From the sequence record MK327937.1: a stretch of 64,000 bases of DNA; one strand, given 5' to 3'. Below, one piece after another: positions 46,862 through 61,118 of the stretch (positions are counted from its first letter, which is position 1; every line of letters starts with the position of its first letter). The DNA is from Escherichia phage vB_EcoM_G10400. The position numbers were made by a program, and so were the translations under genes. Below the pieces are notes generated by a model. The model did no database searches. It was not told where the DNA came from and saw only the letters and a program-made list of their open reading frames with translations.

Positions 46862-48844
46862 ATGGCAAATACCCCTGTAAATTATCAATTAACAAGAACA
46901 GCAAATGCTATTCCCGAGATATTCGTCGGGGGTACGTTTGCTGAAATAAAACAAAACCTCATTGAATGGCTTAATGGCCAAAATGAATTTTTGGATTATG
47001 ATTTTGAAGGCTCAAGATTAAACGTTCTGTGCGACCTTTTAGCTTATAATACATTGTACATTCAGCAGTTTGGTAATGCTGCTGTGTATGAAAGCTTTAT
47101 GCGTACTGCTAACTTACGAAGTTCAGTTGTTCAGGCTGCACAAGATAATGGATATTTACCTACTTCAAAATCCGCTGCACAGACCGAAATTATGTTAACA
47201 TGCACCGACGCATTGAATAGGAATTACATTACTATTCCTCGCGGAACTCGCTTTTTAGCATATGCAAAAGATACTTCTGTTAATCCATATAACTTCGTTT
47301 CTACCGAAGACGTTATTGCTATTCGTGATAAAAATAACCAATATTTTCCACGATTAAAATTAGCCCAGGGACGTATAGTAAGAACTGAAATCATTTATGA
47401 TAAATTAACACCTATTATCATTTATGACAAAAACATAGATAGAAACCAAGTTAAACTATACGTTGATGGAGCAGAATGGATTAACTGGACAAGAAAGTCA
47501 ATGGTTCATGCTGGTTCTACATCAACAATTTACTACATGCGTGAAACTATTGATGGAAACACTGAATTCTATTTTGGCGAAGGTGAAATTTCTGTTAATG
47601 CGGCAGAAGGAGCTCTAACTGCTAACTATATTGGAGGTCTTAAACCTACCCAGAACTCTACTATTGTTATTGAGTACATCAGTACTAACGGTGCAGATGC
47701 GAATGGTGCAGTCGGATTTTCATACGCAGATACATTAACAAATATAACTGTCATCAATATTAACGAAAATCCAAATGATGACCCAGATTTTGTTGGGGCA
47801 GATGGCGGTGGCGATCCAGAAGATATTGAGCGTATTCGCGAATTGGGTACTATTAAACGCGAAACCCAGCAACGCTGCGTAACTGCGACCGACTATGATA
47901 CATTCGTTTCAGAGAGATTTGGTTCTATTATTCAAGCTGTGCAGACTTTCACTGATTCTACTAAACCTGGGTATGCATTTATTGCTGCTAAACCTAAATC
48001 AGGACTATATTTAACTACTGTGCAACGTGAAGATATTAAAAATTATCTCAAAGACTATAATTTAGCGCCTATTACACCGTCAATTATTTCTCCTAATTAT
48101 CTTTTTATTAAGACTAATTTAAAAGTCACATATGCTTTAAATAAACTACAAGAATCCGAACAGTGGCTTGAAGGTCAAATAATTGATAAAATTGATCGCT
48201 ATTATACCGAAGATGTAGAAATTTTTAACTCATCTTTTGCCAAGTCTAAGATGTTAACTTACGTAGATGATGCAGATCATTCTATCATTGGTTCATCAGC
48301 GACTATTCAAATTGTTCGTGAAGTACAAAACTTCTATAAAACGCCTGAAGCAGGTATTAAATACAATAATCAAATAAAAGATCGTTCTATGGAATCTAAT
48401 ACGTTTTCATTTAATTCTGGACGAAAGGTTGTAAATCCTGATACTGGTTTAGAAGAAGATGTATTATATGACGTTCGTATAGTATCAACAGACCGAGATT
48501 CTAAAGGAATTGGTAAAGTTATTATTGGTCCATTTGTTTCTGGCGATGTTACAGAAAATGAAAACATTCAGCCGTATACGGGCAACGATTTTAACAAATT
48601 AGCAAATTCTGATGGACGCGACAAATACTATGTTATCGGTGAAATAAATTATCCAGCTGACATGATTTATTGGAATATCGCTAAAATTAATTTAACATCT
48701 GAAAAATTTGAAGTTCAGACTATTGAATTATATTCTGACCCAACTGATGATGTTATCTTTACTCGCGATGGTTCACTGATTGTATTTGAAAATGACTTAC
48801 GTCCACAATACTTAACTATCGATTTGGAGCCTATATCACAATGA
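46862..48844 (+). CDS. 6: Baseplate wedge protein gp6
   Basis: 660 aa; length and order as T4. Confidence 0.9.
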   Translation: MANTPVNYQLTRTANAIPEIFVGGTFAEIKQNLIEWLNGQNEFLDYDFEGSRLNVLCDLLAYNTLYIQQFGNAAVYESFMRTANLRSSVVQAAQDNGYLPTSKSAAQTEIMLTCTDALNRNYITIPRGTRFLAYAKDTSVNPYNFVSTEDVIAIRDKNNQYFPRLKLAQGRIVRTEIIYDKLTPIIIYDKNIDRNQVKLYVDGAEWINWTRKSMVHAGSTSTIYYMRETIDGNTEFYFGEGEISVNAAEGALTANYIGGLKPTQNSTIVIEYISTNGADANGAVGFSYADTLTNITVININENPNDDPDFVGADGGGDPEDIERIRELGTIKRETQQRCVTATDYDTFVSERFGSIIQAVQTFTDSTKPGYAFIAAKPKSGLYLTTVQREDIKNYLKDYNLAPITPSIISPNYLFIKTNLKVTYALNKLQESEQWLEGQIIDKIDRYYTEDVEIFNSSFAKSKMLTYVDDADHSIIGSSATIQIVREVQNFYKTPEAGIKYNNQIKDRSMESNTFSFNSGRKVVNPDTGLEEDVLYDVRIVSTDRDSKGIGKVIIGPFVSGDVTENENIQPYTGNDFNKLANSDGRDKYYVIGEINYPADMIYWNIAKINLTSEKFEVQTIELYSDPTDDVIFTRDGSLIVFENDLRPQYLTIDLEPISQ

Positions 48845-51800
48845 CAGTAAAAGCACCTTCAGTCACTAGTCTCAGAATTTCCAAGTTATCCGCTAATCAG
48901 GTGCAAGTACGCTGGGATGACGTTGGTGCTAATTTCTACTACTTTGTAGAAATCGCTGAGACAAAATCAAACTCGGGAGAAAATCTCCCGAGTAATCAAT
49001 ATCGTTGGATTAATTTAGGATATACAGCAAATAATAGTTTCTTTTTTGATGATGCTGATCCACTGACATCATATGTTATTAGAGTAGCTACAGCTGCGCA
49101 AGATTTTGAGCAGTCTGATTGGATTTATACCGAAGAGTTTGAAACTTTTGCTACAAATGCTTATACATTTCAAAACATGATTGAAATGCAATTAGCCAAT
49201 AAATTCATTCAGGAAAAATTTACTCTTAATAATTCTGATTATGTTAATTTCAATAATGACACAATAATGGCTGCGTTGATGAATGAATCATTTCAGTTCA
49301 GCCCATCGTATGCTGATGTCTCATCAATCAGTAATTTTATTATTGGTGAAAACGAGTATCATGAAATACAAGGTTCTATTCAGCAAGTATGTAAGGATAT
49401 TAACCGAGTTTATTTGATGGAATCAGAAGGGATTCTATATCTTTTTGAGCGTTATCAACCTGTAGTTAAAGTATCCAATGATAAAGGACAAACCTGGAAA
49501 GCTGTAAAGCTCTTCAATGACCGTGTAGGATATCCTTTATCTAAGACTGTATATTACCAATCTGCAAACACAACATACGTTCTAGGATACGATAAGATTT
49601 TCTATGGCCGTAAATCGACTGACGTTAGATGGTCAGCAGATGATGTCAGATTCAGTTCACAGGATATAACATTTGCTAAATTAGGAGACCAACTTCATTT
49701 AGGATTCGATGTTGAAATCTTCGCTACTTATGCGACTTTACCAGCGAATGTATACCGTATAGCTGAAGCCATTACTTGTACGGATGATTATATCTATGTT
49801 GTTGCCAGAGATAAAGTTAGATATATAAAAACGAGTAATGCACCTATAGATTCTGACCCGTTATCACCAACATACTCGGAAAGACTTTTTGAACCTGATA
49901 CAATGACTATAACTGGAAATCCTAAAGCTGTATGCTATAAAATGGATTCTATTGGTGATAAAGTTTTTGCTCTTATTATTGGTGAAGTTGAAACATTAAA
50001 TGCCAATCCGAGAACTTCAAAAATAATTGATTCCGCTGATAAAGGAATATATGTTTTGAATCAAGACACGAAAACATGGAAAAGAGTTTTCGGTAATACC
50101 GAAGAAGAAAGAAGACGTATTCAACCTGGATACGCAAACATGTCAACTGATGGTAAATTAGTTTCTCTGTCTTCGAGTAATTTTAAATTTTTAAGTGATA
50201 ACGTTGTTAATGACCCTGAAACTGCTGCAAAATACCAGTTAATCGGTGCTGTCAAATATGAATTTCCTCGCGAATGGTTAGCTGATAAACATTATCATAT
50301 GATGGCGTTTATAGCGGATGAAAAATCTGATTGGGAGACTTTTACTCCTCAACCGATGAAATACTACGCAGAACCGTTCTTTAATTGGTCTAAAAAATCT
50401 AACACTCGTTGTTGGATAAACAACTCTGATAAAGCTGTTGTAGTTTATGCAGATTTGAAATACACCAAAGTTATTGAAAATATTCCAGAAACGTCACCAG
50501 ATAGATTAGTGCATGAATACTGGGATGATGGCGATTGCACTATAGTAATGCCAAATGTTAAATTCACTGGATTTAAAAAATACGCATCAGGAATGCTTTT
50601 TTATAAATCTTCTGGTGAAATAATTTCTTATTATGATTTTAACTATCGTGTGAGAGATACAGTAGAAATTATTTGGAAGCCGACTGAAGTATTTTTAAAA
50701 GCATTTTTACAAAACCAAGAGCGTGAAACTCCTTGGTCACCAGAAGAAGAACGTGGATTAGCTGACCCTGATTTAAGACCATTAATTGGCACAATGATGC
50801 CTGATTCTTATTTGTTACAAGATTCTAATTTTGAGGCATTTTGCGAAGCATATATTCAGTATCTTTCTGATGGATATGGAACTCAGTATAACAATTTACG
50901 AAATTTAATTCGTAACCAATATCCACGAGAAGAGCATGCGTGGGAATATTTATGGTCAGAAATATATAAAAGAAACATTTATTTAAATGCTGACAAACGC
51001 GATGCTGTTGCAAGATTTTTTGAATCACGTAGCTATGATTTTTATTCTACTAAAGGAATTGAAGCATCATATAAATTTCTTTTTAAAGTTCTTTATAATG
51101 AAGAAGTTGAAATTGAAATTGAATCGGGAGCAGGTACTGAATATGATGTAATCATTCAATCTGATTCTCTTACAGAAGATTTAGTAGGACAAACTATCTA
51201 TACTGCAACTGGAAGATGTAATGTTACTTATATAGAAAGAAGTTATTCTAATGGTAAATTGCAATGGACTGTGACTATACATAATCTTTTGGGGCGGTTA
51301 ATAGCAGGACAAGAAGTTAAAGCAGAAAGACTTCCGGGCTTTGAAGGTGAAATTATTCGTGGGGTTAAAGGAAAAGATTTGCTTCAAAATAATATAGACT
51401 ATATTAATAGAAGTAGATCATATTATGTAATGAAAATTAAATCCAATTTACCTTCTTCCCGCTGGAAATCTGACGTTATTCGTTTTGTTCACCCAGTAGG
51501 ATTTGGATTTATAGCAATCACGCTTTTAACTATGTTTATTAATGTCGGTTTAACTCTTAAACACACAGAGACAATAATTAATAAATATAAAAACTATAAA
51601 TGGGATTCTGGATTGCCTACTGAATATGCTGATAGAGTAGCTAAATTGACTCCAACTGGTGAAATTGAGCATGATTCGGTAACAGGCGAAGCAATTTATG
51701 AGCCTGGCCCAATGGCTGGTGTAGAATATCCTCTTCCTGATGACTATAATGCTGAAAATAACAATTCAATATTTCAAGGTCAATTGCCGTCTGAACGACG

Positions 51801-51939
51801 TAAATTAATGAGTCCTTTATTTGATGCATCTGGAACAACATTTGCGCAATTTAGAGATTTAGTTAATAAACGTCTAAAAGATAATATAGGAAATCCAAGA
51901 GACCCTGAAAATCCAACACAGGTTAAAATAGATGAATGA
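48841..51939 (+). CDS. 7: Baseplate wedge protein gp7
   Basis: 1032 aa; length and order as T4. Confidence 0.9.
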   Translation: MTVKAPSVTSLRISKLSANQVQVRWDDVGANFYYFVEIAETKSNSGENLPSNQYRWINLGYTANNSFFFDDADPLTSYVIRVATAAQDFEQSDWIYTEEFETFATNAYTFQNMIEMQLANKFIQEKFTLNNSDYVNFNNDTIMAALMNESFQFSPSYADVSSISNFIIGENEYHEIQGSIQQVCKDINRVYLMESEGILYLFERYQPVVKVSNDKGQTWKAVKLFNDRVGYPLSKTVYYQSANTTYVLGYDKIFYGRKSTDVRWSADDVRFSSQDITFAKLGDQLHLGFDVEIFATYATLPANVYRIAEAITCTDDYIYVVARDKVRYIKTSNAPIDSDPLSPTYSERLFEPDTMTITGNPKAVCYKMDSIGDKVFALIIGEVETLNANPRTSKIIDSADKGIYVLNQDTKTWKRVFGNTEEERRRIQPGYANMSTDGKLVSLSSSNFKFLSDNVVNDPETAAKYQLIGAVKYEFPREWLADKHYHMMAFIADEKSDWETFTPQPMKYYAEPFFNWSKKSNTRCWINNSDKAVVVYADLKYTKVIENIPETSPDRLVHEYWDDGDCTIVMPNVKFTGFKKYASGMLFYKSSGEIISYYDFNYRVRDTVEIIWKPTEVFLKAFLQNQERETPWSPEEERGLADPDLRPLIGTMMPDSYLLQDSNFEAFCEAYIQYLSDGYGTQYNNLRNLIRNQYPREEHAWEYLWSEIYKRNIYLNADKRDAVARFFESRSYDFYSTKGIEASYKFLFKVLYNEEVEIEIESGAGTEYDVIIQSDSLTEDLVGQTIYTATGRCNVTYIERSYSNGKLQWTVTIHNLLGRLIAGQEVKAERLPGFEGEIIRGVKGKDLLQNNIDYINRSRSYYVMKIKSNLPSSRWKSDVIRFVHPVGFGFIAITLLTMFINVGLTLKHTETIINKYKNYKWDSGLPTEYADRVAKLTPTGEIEHDSVTGEAIYEPGPMAGVEYPLPDDYNAENNNSIFQGQLPSERRKLMSPLFDASGTTFAQFRDLVNKRLKDNIGNPRDPENPTQVKIDE

Positions 51940-52936
51940 TTCAAGTGTTATCTATCGTGCGATAGTTACTTCAAAATTTAGAACAGAAAAAATGTTGAAT
52001 TTTTATAATTCAATTGGAAGTGGTCCGGATAAAAACACTATCTTTATCACATTTGGAAGATCAGAACCGTGGTCATCAAATGAAAATGAGGTGGGCTTTG
52101 CCCCACCTTATCCTACCGATTCTGTATTAGGTGTAACTGACATGTGGACTCATATGATGGGAACAGTAAAAGTTCTTCCATCAATGCTTGATGCAGTTAT
52201 TCCTCGTCGAGATTGGGGAGATACTAGATATCCGGATCCATACACATTTAGAATTAACGATATTGTAGTGTGTAACTCAGCTCCTTACAACGCTACTGAA
52301 TCAGGCGCGGGATGGTTAGTGTATCGCTGTTTAGATGTTCCTGATACTGGAATGTGCTCAATAGCATCTTTAACTAATAAGGATGAATGCCTTAAGTTAG
52401 GTGGAAAATGGACTCCTTCTGCTAGGTCAATGACTCCTCCTGAAGGTCGAGGAGATGCTGAAGGAACAATTGAACCTGGGGATGGATATGTTTGGGAATA
52501 TTTATTTGAGATTCCGCCTGATGTATCTATAAATAGATGTACGAATGAATACATCGTGGTTCCTTGGCCTGAGGAATTAAAAGAAGACCCGACTAGATGG
52601 GGGTATGAAGATAATCTCACTTGGCAACAAGATGATTTTGGATTAATTTACCGTGTTAAGGCAAATACTATCCGTTTTAAAGCATATTTAGATTCAGTTT
52701 ATTTTCCTGAAGCTGCATTGCCGGGAAATAAAGGATTTAGACAAATATCAATAATTACGAATCCTCTTGAAGCTAAAGCTCATCCAAATGACCCAAATGT
52801 TAAAGCTGAAAAGGATTATTATGATCCGGAAGATTTAATGAGGCATTCGGGCGAAATGATTTATATGGAAAATAGGCCACCTATTATTATGGCAATGGAT
52901 CAGACAGAAGAAATCAATATTCTGTTTACATTTTAA
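51932..52936 (+). CDS. 8: Baseplate wedge protein gp8
   Basis: 334 aa; followed by a terminator hairpin. Confidence 0.9.
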   Translation: MNDSSVIYRAIVTSKFRTEKMLNFYNSIGSGPDKNTIFITFGRSEPWSSNENEVGFAPPYPTDSVLGVTDMWTHMMGTVKVLPSMLDAVIPRRDWGDTRYPDPYTFRINDIVVCNSAPYNATESGAGWLVYRCLDVPDTGMCSIASLTNKDECLKLGGKWTPSARSMTPPEGRGDAEGTIEPGDGYVWEYLFEIPPDVSINRCTNEYIVVPWPEELKEDPTRWGYEDNLTWQQDDFGLIYRVKANTIRFKAYLDSVYFPEAALPGNKGFRQISIITNPLEAKAHPNDPNVKAEKDYYDPEDLMRHSGEMIYMENRPPIIMAMDQTEEINILFTF

Positions 52937-52941
52937 ATTAA

Positions 52942-52966
52942 GGGAGCCCATGGGCTCCCTTTTTCT
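52942..52966 (+). terminator. Intrinsic terminator after gene 8
   Basis: Perfect palindrome gggagccc-at-gggctccc followed by TTTTTCTTT. Confidence 0.65.
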
Positions 52967-52967
52967 T

Positions 52968-52975
52968 TATAAATA
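52968..52975 (+). promoter_or_regulatory. Late promoter for gene 9
   Basis: TATAAATA about 25 nt upstream of the gene 9 ATG, directly after the gene 8 terminator. Confidence 0.65.
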
Positions 52976-52999
52976 CTATAAACTCATAAGGAAACCGCT

Positions 53000-53866
53000 A
53001 TGTTCATTCAAGAACCAAAGAAATTGATTGATACCGGCGAAATTGGTAACGCTTCTACTGGTGATATCTTATTCGACGGTGGTAATAAAATTAATAGTGA
53101 TTTTAACGCAATTTATAACGCGTTTGGCGATCAACGTAAAATGGCAGTAGCAAATGGCACTGGAGCAGATGGTCAAATTATCCATGCTACTGGATATTAT
53201 CAAAAACACTCTATTGCAGAGTATGCAACTCCAGTAAAAGTTGGCACTAGGCATGATATTGATACCTCTACTGTAGGTGTTAAAGTTATCATTGAAAGAG
53301 GCGAACTTGGCGACTGCGTTGAATTTATTAACTCAAATGGATCAATATCAGTTACTAATCCTTTAACGATTCAAGCTATTGATTCAATTAAAGGCGTTTC
53401 AGGTAATTTAGTAGTAACTAGTCCATATAGTAAAGTTACCTTACGTTGTATTTCATCTGATAATTCTACGTCGGTTTGGAATTATTCTATTGAAAGTATG
53501 TTTGGTCAAAAGGAATCACCTGCTGAAGGTACATGGAATATTTCTACATCTGGATCAGTTGACATTCCACTATTTCATCGCACTGAATACAATATGGCTA
53601 AATTGCTAGTTACGTGCCAATCAGTAGATGGAAGAAAAATTAAAACAGCAGAAATAAATATTCTTGTGGATACTGTTAATTCAGAAGTTATTTCTTCTGA
53701 GTATGCTGTCATGCGAGTTGGAAATGAAACAGAAGAAGACGAAATCGCTAATATTGCATTTAGTATTAAAGAAAATTACGTAACGGCGACTATAAGTTCT
53801 TCAACTGTCGGTATGAGAGCAGCAGTTAAAGTTATCGCTACGCAGAAAATCGGGGTGGCTCAATAA
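53000..53866 (+). CDS. 9: Baseplate protein gp9 (long tail-fibre socket)
   Basis: 288 aa; own TATAAATA late promoter. Confidence 0.9.
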   Translation: MFIQEPKKLIDTGEIGNASTGDILFDGGNKINSDFNAIYNAFGDQRKMAVANGTGADGQIIHATGYYQKHSIAEYATPVKVGTRHDIDTSTVGVKVIIERGELGDCVEFINSNGSISVTNPLTIQAIDSIKGVSGNLVVTSPYSKVTLRCISSDNSTSVWNYSIESMFGQKESPAEGTWNISTSGSVDIPLFHRTEYNMAKLLVTCQSVDGRKIKTAEINILVDTVNSEVISSEYAVMRVGNETEEDEIANIAFSIKENYVTATISSSTVGMRAAVKVIATQKIGVAQ

Positions 53867-55671
53867 TGAAACAAAATATTAATATCGGTAATGTTGTAGA
53901 TGATGGTACCGGTGACTACCTGCGTAAAGGTGGTATAAAAATAAATGAAAACTTTGATGAGCTTTATTATGAACTCGGTGATGGTAATGTTCCATATTCA
54001 GCCGGTGCCTGGAAAACTTATAATGCTTCATCTGGGCAAACATTAAAAGCTGAATGGGGAAAATCATACGCTATTAATACTTCGTCTGGAAGAGTAACAC
54101 TGCAACTTCCTAAAGGAACTGTTAATGATTATAATAAAGTAATTAGAGCTAGGGATGTATTTGCAACATGGAATGTTAATCCAGTTACTTTAGTAGCCGC
54201 TTCTGGTGATACTATCAAAGGATCATCGTCATCGGTTGAAATTAACGTTCAATTTAGTGATTTAGAGCTAGTTTATTGCGCTCCGGGTCGTTGGGAATAT
54301 GTCAAAAATAAACAAATTGACAAAATTATTAGTTCAGACATTAGCAATGTAGCTCGTAAAGAATTTTTAGTCGAAGTTCAAGGACAAACAGACTTTTTAG
54401 ATATTTTCCATGGAACTAGTTATAATGTTAATAACATCAGAGTAAAACACCGCGGTAATGAATTGTATTACGGCGATGTTTTTAGCGAAAACAGTGACTT
54501 TGGCTCTCCAGGGGAAAATGAAGGAGAATTGGTTCCTCTTGATGGATTTAATATTAGATTAAGACAGCCTTGTAATATTGGTGACACTGTTCAAATTGAA
54601 ACATTTATGGACGGTGTATCGCAGTGGAGAAGTTCATACACAAGACGTCAAATAAAAGTATTAGATTCAAAATTAACATCAAAAACTTCTTTGGAAGGAA
54701 GTATTTACGTTACTGATTTATCGACAATGAAATCAATTCCATTCTCCGCATTTGGATTAATTCCAGGAGAACCTATTAATCCTAATTCTCTTGAAGTTCG
54801 TTTTAATGGAATTTTACAACAACAAGCTGGAACAGCAGGATATCCTCTGTTTTTATGTGAAGGCGCTAATTCAGATACACAAGAAGGATGTATATCTCTT
54901 GGTGGTGAATGGAAAGAATCAAACACAGATTATTCTATAGAATATGAAGATGGAAAACCGATCAGTCTTTTATTTGATAGAAAATTTGAATCAGGTGATA
55001 TAATCGTTATAACATGGTTCAATAATGATTTAGGAACTCTTTTGGAAAAAGATGACATTATTGAATTAACTGATGAACGCTATGTTAGCAAAGGATCATC
55101 TACTGAAGTTACTGGTGATGTAGCCTTAACTGATTTTGATAAAATCGGTTGGCCAAATGTTGAAAAAGTTGATTCTTATACTAGAACATATAATTCAATA
55201 TCATCTATTTTCGATAGCATTTATCCCATTGGTTCAATTTATGAAAATGCTATAAACCCAAATAATCCGGTGACTTATATGGGATTTGGTTCATGGAAAT
55301 TATTTGGTAAAGGACAAGTTTTAGTAGGATGGAATGATGATGTTACGGATCCAAACTTTGCATTAAATAACAATGATTTAGATTCTAGCGGAAATCCTTC
55401 GCATACTGCCGGTGGAACAGTTGGAACAACATCAGTGACACTTGAGAACGCAAATCTTCCTGCAACTAAAACTGATGAAAAAGTTTTAATTGAAGATGAA
55501 AACGGATCAGTTATTATTGGAGGTTGCCAATATGACCCAGATGAAACTGGTCCTATATATACAAAATATCGTGAAGACTACGCAACAACAAACTCTTCAC
55601 ATACTCCTCCTGCTAATATTAGTAATATTCAACCGTCTATTACTGTATACCGTTGGATAAGGATTGCATAA
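53866..55671 (+). CDS. 10: Baseplate wedge protein gp10
   Basis: 601 aa; stop overlaps the gene 11 start. Confidence 0.9.
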   Translation: MKQNINIGNVVDDGTGDYLRKGGIKINENFDELYYELGDGNVPYSAGAWKTYNASSGQTLKAEWGKSYAINTSSGRVTLQLPKGTVNDYNKVIRARDVFATWNVNPVTLVAASGDTIKGSSSSVEINVQFSDLELVYCAPGRWEYVKNKQIDKIISSDISNVARKEFLVEVQGQTDFLDIFHGTSYNVNNIRVKHRGNELYYGDVFSENSDFGSPGENEGELVPLDGFNIRLRQPCNIGDTVQIETFMDGVSQWRSSYTRRQIKVLDSKLTSKTSLEGSIYVTDLSTMKSIPFSAFGLIPGEPINPNSLEVRFNGILQQQAGTAGYPLFLCEGANSDTQEGCISLGGEWKESNTDYSIEYEDGKPISLLFDRKFESGDIIVITWFNNDLGTLLEKDDIIELTDERYVSKGSSTEVTGDVALTDFDKIGWPNVEKVDSYTRTYNSISSIFDSIYPIGSIYENAINPNNPVTYMGFGSWKLFGKGQVLVGWNDDVTDPNFALNNNDLDSSGNPSHTAGGTVGTTSVTLENANLPATKTDEKVLIEDENGSVIIGGCQYDPDETGPIYTKYREDYATTNSSHTPPANISNIQPSITVYRWIRIA

Positions 55672-56330
55672 TGAGTTTACTTAATAATAAAGCGGGAGTT
55701 ATTTCCCGCTTAGCAGATTTTCTTGGTTTTAGAACTAAGAAAAATGATATTTCGGTTATGAATAATCAGCCAGTAGGTGCTGTAACAATTTCACAAATAG
55801 CAAAAGGTTTTTATGACCCAAATGTAGAATCTGCTATCAATGATGTTAGAAATATGGCAGAGCAACAGGTTGGAGCTGTATTAGTTAATATAAGTGGCGT
55901 ATCTCCTACTGGCGTGCAGCAAACAGACTATTGGTCATTTGAAGGAACTGTTACTGATACTTCAGCCAAACCAGGTGACCCAGTTATTGTTAATATGTTT
56001 GGCATTCCTGTTAAAGCTACTAATGGAATGACTTCAATCGAATTTACCAGTGCCGTTAGAACAGCTCTACAGGAAATGGTTGCAAAATTTATTGCAATTG
56101 ATTCATTTGAAGACCATCCTACCATAGGAAATAAAATACAAGTTAAGTATTTAGATAACCAAGAACATATCTTAGAACAATACTCTGATAAAGGAATTAC
56201 TTTCAAACAGGAAATAATTTCTCCTTCTAAACCTGGGTATGGAACTTGGCAATTATTAGGTGCGCAAACTGTTACGCTAGATAGTCACACCCAACCTACA
56301 GTATTTTATTATTTTGAGAGAATAGCATGA
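55671..56330 (+). CDS. 11: Baseplate wedge protein gp11 (short tail-fibre attachment)
   Basis: 219 aa from the ATG at 55671 ([20 protein letters not shown]), matching T4 gp11; the track ORF starts 6 codons earlier. Confidence 0.9.
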   Translation: MSLLNNKAGVISRLADFLGFRTKKNDISVMNNQPVGAVTISQIAKGFYDPNVESAINDVRNMAEQQVGAVLVNISGVSPTGVQQTDYWSFEGTVTDTSAKPGDPVIVNMFGIPVKATNGMTSIEFTSAVRTALQEMVAKFIAIDSFEDHPTIGNKIQVKYLDNQEHILEQYSDKGITFKQEIISPSKPGYGTWQLLGAQTVTLDSHTQPTVFYYFERIA

Positions 56331-57877
56331 GTAACAATACATATCAGCACGTATCAAATGAATCAAAATACGTTAAATTCGATCCTGTAGGATCGAATTT
56401 TCCTGACACTGTCACGACAGTGCAGTCAGCATTATCAAAAATAAGTAATATCGGCGTAAATGGTATTCCTGATGCAACTATGGAAGTTAAAGGAATAGCA
56501 ATGATTGCATCGGAGCAAGAGGTTTTAGATGGAACTAATAATTCTAAAATCGTTACACCAGCTACATTAGCAACAAGATTATTGTATCCAAATGCTACTG
56601 AAACTAAATATGGATTAACACGCTATTCAACAAATGAAGAAACTTTAGAAGGCTCAGATAATAATTCATCAATAACGCCACAAAAACTGAAATACCATAC
56701 TGACGATGTATTCCAAAATAGGTATTCATCTGAATCATCAAATGGAGTTATTAAAATATCATCTACTCCTGCGGCTTTGGCTGGAGTTGATGATACTACG
56801 GCAATGACTCCATTAAAAACCCAAAAACTTGCAATAAAATTAATTTCACAAATAGCTCCTTCAGAAGACACAGCATCAGAATCTGTTAGAGGTGTAGTTC
56901 AGTTATCAACTGTCGCTCAAACTCGTCAAGGAACTCTTCGCGAAGGATATGCAATTTCTCCGTATACCTTTATGAATTCTGTTGCAACACAAGAATATAA
57001 GGGTGTTATACGTTTAGGAACACAATCGGAAATTAACAGTAATTTAGGAGATGTTGCAGTAACAGGCGAAACATTAAATGGTCGAGGAGCTACTGGTTCT
57101 ATGCGCGGTGTAGTAAAATTAACGACGCAAGCCGGTATTGCCCCCGAAGGTGATGGCTCTGGAGCATTAGCATGGAACGCAGATGTAATTAATACTCGCG
57201 GTGGACAAACTATTAACGGTTCTTTAAATTTAGACCATCTTACAGCAAATGGAATTTGGTCACGCGGCGGTATGTGGAAAAATGGCGATCAACCTGTTGC
57301 CACTGAAAGATATGCGTCTGAAAGGGTTCCAGTTGGAACTATTATGATGTTTGCGGGTGATTCTGCACCTCCAGGTTGGATTATGTGCCATGGTGGAACC
57401 GTGTCAGGAGATCAATATCCTGATTATAGAAACACAGTTGGAACAAGATTTGGTGGTGATTGGAATAACCCTGGCATTCCTGATATGCGAGGTCTTTTCG
57501 TCAGAGGAGCTGGCACAGGAGGTCATATTTTAAATCAACGAGGACAAGATGGTTATGGAAAGGATAGACTTGGCGTAGGATGTGACGGAATGCATGTTGG
57601 CGGTGTTCAAGCACAACAAATGTCATACCATAAACATGCTGGTGGCTGGGGAGAATACCAAAGACATGAAGCTCCATTTGGCGCGTCCGTTTATCAAGGA
57701 TATCTTGGAACTAGAAAATATGCCGACTGGGATAACGCTTCATACTTCACTAATGATGGATTTGAATTAGGTGGACCGAGAGATGCCCTTGGTACACTTA
57801 ATCGTGAAGGATTAATTGGTTATGAAACTAGACCATGGAATATATCATTAAACTATATTATTAAAATTCATTACTAA
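56327..57877 (+). CDS. 12: Short tail fibre gp12
   Basis: 516 aa; repeat-rich N-terminus and C-terminal receptor-binding domain. Confidence 0.9.
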   Translation: MSNNTYQHVSNESKYVKFDPVGSNFPDTVTTVQSALSKISNIGVNGIPDATMEVKGIAMIASEQEVLDGTNNSKIVTPATLATRLLYPNATETKYGLTRYSTNEETLEGSDNNSSITPQKLKYHTDDVFQNRYSSESSNGVIKISSTPAALAGVDDTTAMTPLKTQKLAIKLISQIAPSEDTASESVRGVVQLSTVAQTRQGTLREGYAISPYTFMNSVATQEYKGVIRLGTQSEINSNLGDVAVTGETLNGRGATGSMRGVVKLTTQAGIAPEGDGSGALAWNADVINTRGGQTINGSLNLDHLTANGIWSRGGMWKNGDQPVATERYASERVPVGTIMMFAGDSAPPGWIMCHGGTVSGDQYPDYRNTVGTRFGGDWNNPGIPDMRGLFVRGAGTGGHILNQRGQDGYGKDRLGVGCDGMHVGGVQAQQMSYHKHAGGWGEYQRHEAPFGASVYQGYLGTRKYADWDNASYFTNDGFELGGPRDALGTLNREGLIGYETRPWNISLNYIIKIHY

Positions 57878-57886
57878 GGATTACAA

Positions 57887-59344
57887 ATGATTGAATTAAA
57901 AGAGTTACCTTTTGTTGATAGCGTTCCTGGCGAAGGTCAGGAACGTATTTCATGGATTAAAAATGGTGAAGAAATATTAGGAGCTAGTACTAAGTATGGA
58001 AACGATGGGTCAATGAATAGACCAACTGTTTCCGTGTTTAAAAACGTCGAGGTTCTCGACGAAAATGTAGGAATTCTTAAAACTGCCATTGAAACATCTC
58101 AGGAAGATATTAAAACTATTCAAGGCATTTTAGATGTATCAGGAGATATAGAAGCGCTATCACAGATCAGCGTTAATAAAAATGATATATCAAGTTTAAA
58201 GACGCTCACAAGTGAACATACTGATATATTAAATGGTACAAATACTACGGTTGATAATATTCTTTCTGATATTGGTCCATTTAATTCGCAAGCAAATTCA
58301 GTTTATAGAACGATTAGAAATGATTTGTTATGGATTAAAAGGGAATTAGGACAATATGCTGGACAAGATATTAATGGTCTTCCTGTTGTAGGAAATACCA
58401 GCACGGGAATGAAGCATCGTATTATTAATAATACAGATGCTATAACTTCCCAAGGAATACGTCTAAGTGATTTAGAAGAAAAATTTATTGAATCTGATGT
58501 AGGTTCGCTTACAATCGAAGTAGGAAATCTTAGACAGGAATTAGGACAAAGACCACCTTCATTTAGTGAAAGTATATATTCACGTGTGCATAATTTAGAT
58601 CAATCTCAAATTAATCTTAGTTCCGAAATTAAATCTATCAAAACTTCTATTGGATATCCAGGAAATACTTCAATAATCACAGATGTTAACACTAATACAC
58701 GAGAAATTTCAGCTTTAAATGATGAACTAAATAAAAGTGGCGGCGTTAAACAGCGATTAACTGTTATTGAAACATCGATTGGTTCAGATGATATTCCTTC
58801 TAGTATTAAAGGTCAAATTAAAGATAATACCACTTCTATTGAATCTTTAAATGGAATTGTAGGTGAAAACACCTCGTCCGGTTTAAGAGCTAACGTTTCA
58901 TGGCTAAATCAGATAGTTGGAACTGATTCTAGCGGAGGTCAACCTTCTCCTCCGGGGTCTCTTTTAAATAGAGTTTCAACAGTTGAAACCTCTGTTAATA
59001 GACTTAACAATGATGTTCAAAACTTACAGGTTGAAATTGGTAATAACAATTCCGGAATTAAAGGGCAAGTTGTAACATTAAATAAATTAGTAAATGGAAC
59101 AAATCCGAATGGTTCAACTGTCGAAGAACGCGGATTGACTAATTCAATAAAAGCTAATGAGACTAACATTTCTTCAATTAATCAAGAGATTCGTAGTATT
59201 AAAGGTAATGTGTCCTCATTACAGAGGGATGTCCAGACTTTACAAGAAGCTGGTTATATTCCTGAAGCTCCAAAAGATGGTCAAGCTTACGTTCGTAAAG
59301 ACGGCGAATGGGTATTGCTTTCTACCTTTTTATCACCAGCATAA
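57887..59344 (+). CDS. wac: Fibritin (whisker protein)
   Basis: 485 aa; long heptad coiled coil and C-terminal foldon-like sequence ([27 protein letters not shown]). Confidence 0.9.
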   Translation: MIELKELPFVDSVPGEGQERISWIKNGEEILGASTKYGNDGSMNRPTVSVFKNVEVLDENVGILKTAIETSQEDIKTIQGILDVSGDIEALSQISVNKNDISSLKTLTSEHTDILNGTNTTVDNILSDIGPFNSQANSVYRTIRNDLLWIKRELGQYAGQDINGLPVVGNTSTGMKHRIINNTDAITSQGIRLSDLEEKFIESDVGSLTIEVGNLRQELGQRPPSFSESIYSRVHNLDQSQINLSSEIKSIKTSIGYPGNTSIITDVNTNTREISALNDELNKSGGVKQRLTVIETSIGSDDIPSSIKGQIKDNTTSIESLNGIVGENTSSGLRANVSWLNQIVGTDSSGGQPSPPGSLLNRVSTVETSVNRLNNDVQNLQVEIGNNNSGIKGQVVTLNKLVNGTNPNGSTVEERGLTNSIKANETNISSINQEIRSIKGNVSSLQRDVQTLQEAGYIPEAPKDGQAYVRKDGEWVLLSTFLSPA

Positions 59345-59347
59345 CAT

Positions 59348-59372
59348 GGGGCCGCAAGGCCCTAAAGGATTT
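59348..59372 (+). terminator. GNRA-tetraloop hairpin between wac and gene 13
   Basis: ggggcc-gcaa-ggcccc hairpin followed by taaaggatttt; may terminate or attenuate. Confidence 0.4.
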
Positions 59373-59375
59373 TAA

Positions 59376-61077
<1,702 letters not shown>

Positions 61078-61118
61078 TAAATATTATAAACTAATTAAAG
61101 CCCAGATTAGGAGAAATC

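Noticed and set aside
44468-57770. Short ORFs inside the late structural genes (for example 44468-44662, 48370-48567, 50825-51028, 52285-52620, 54705-54926, 55928-56206, 57351-57533)
   Set aside because: Nested or antisense within baseplate and tail genes whose lengths match T4 orthologs.
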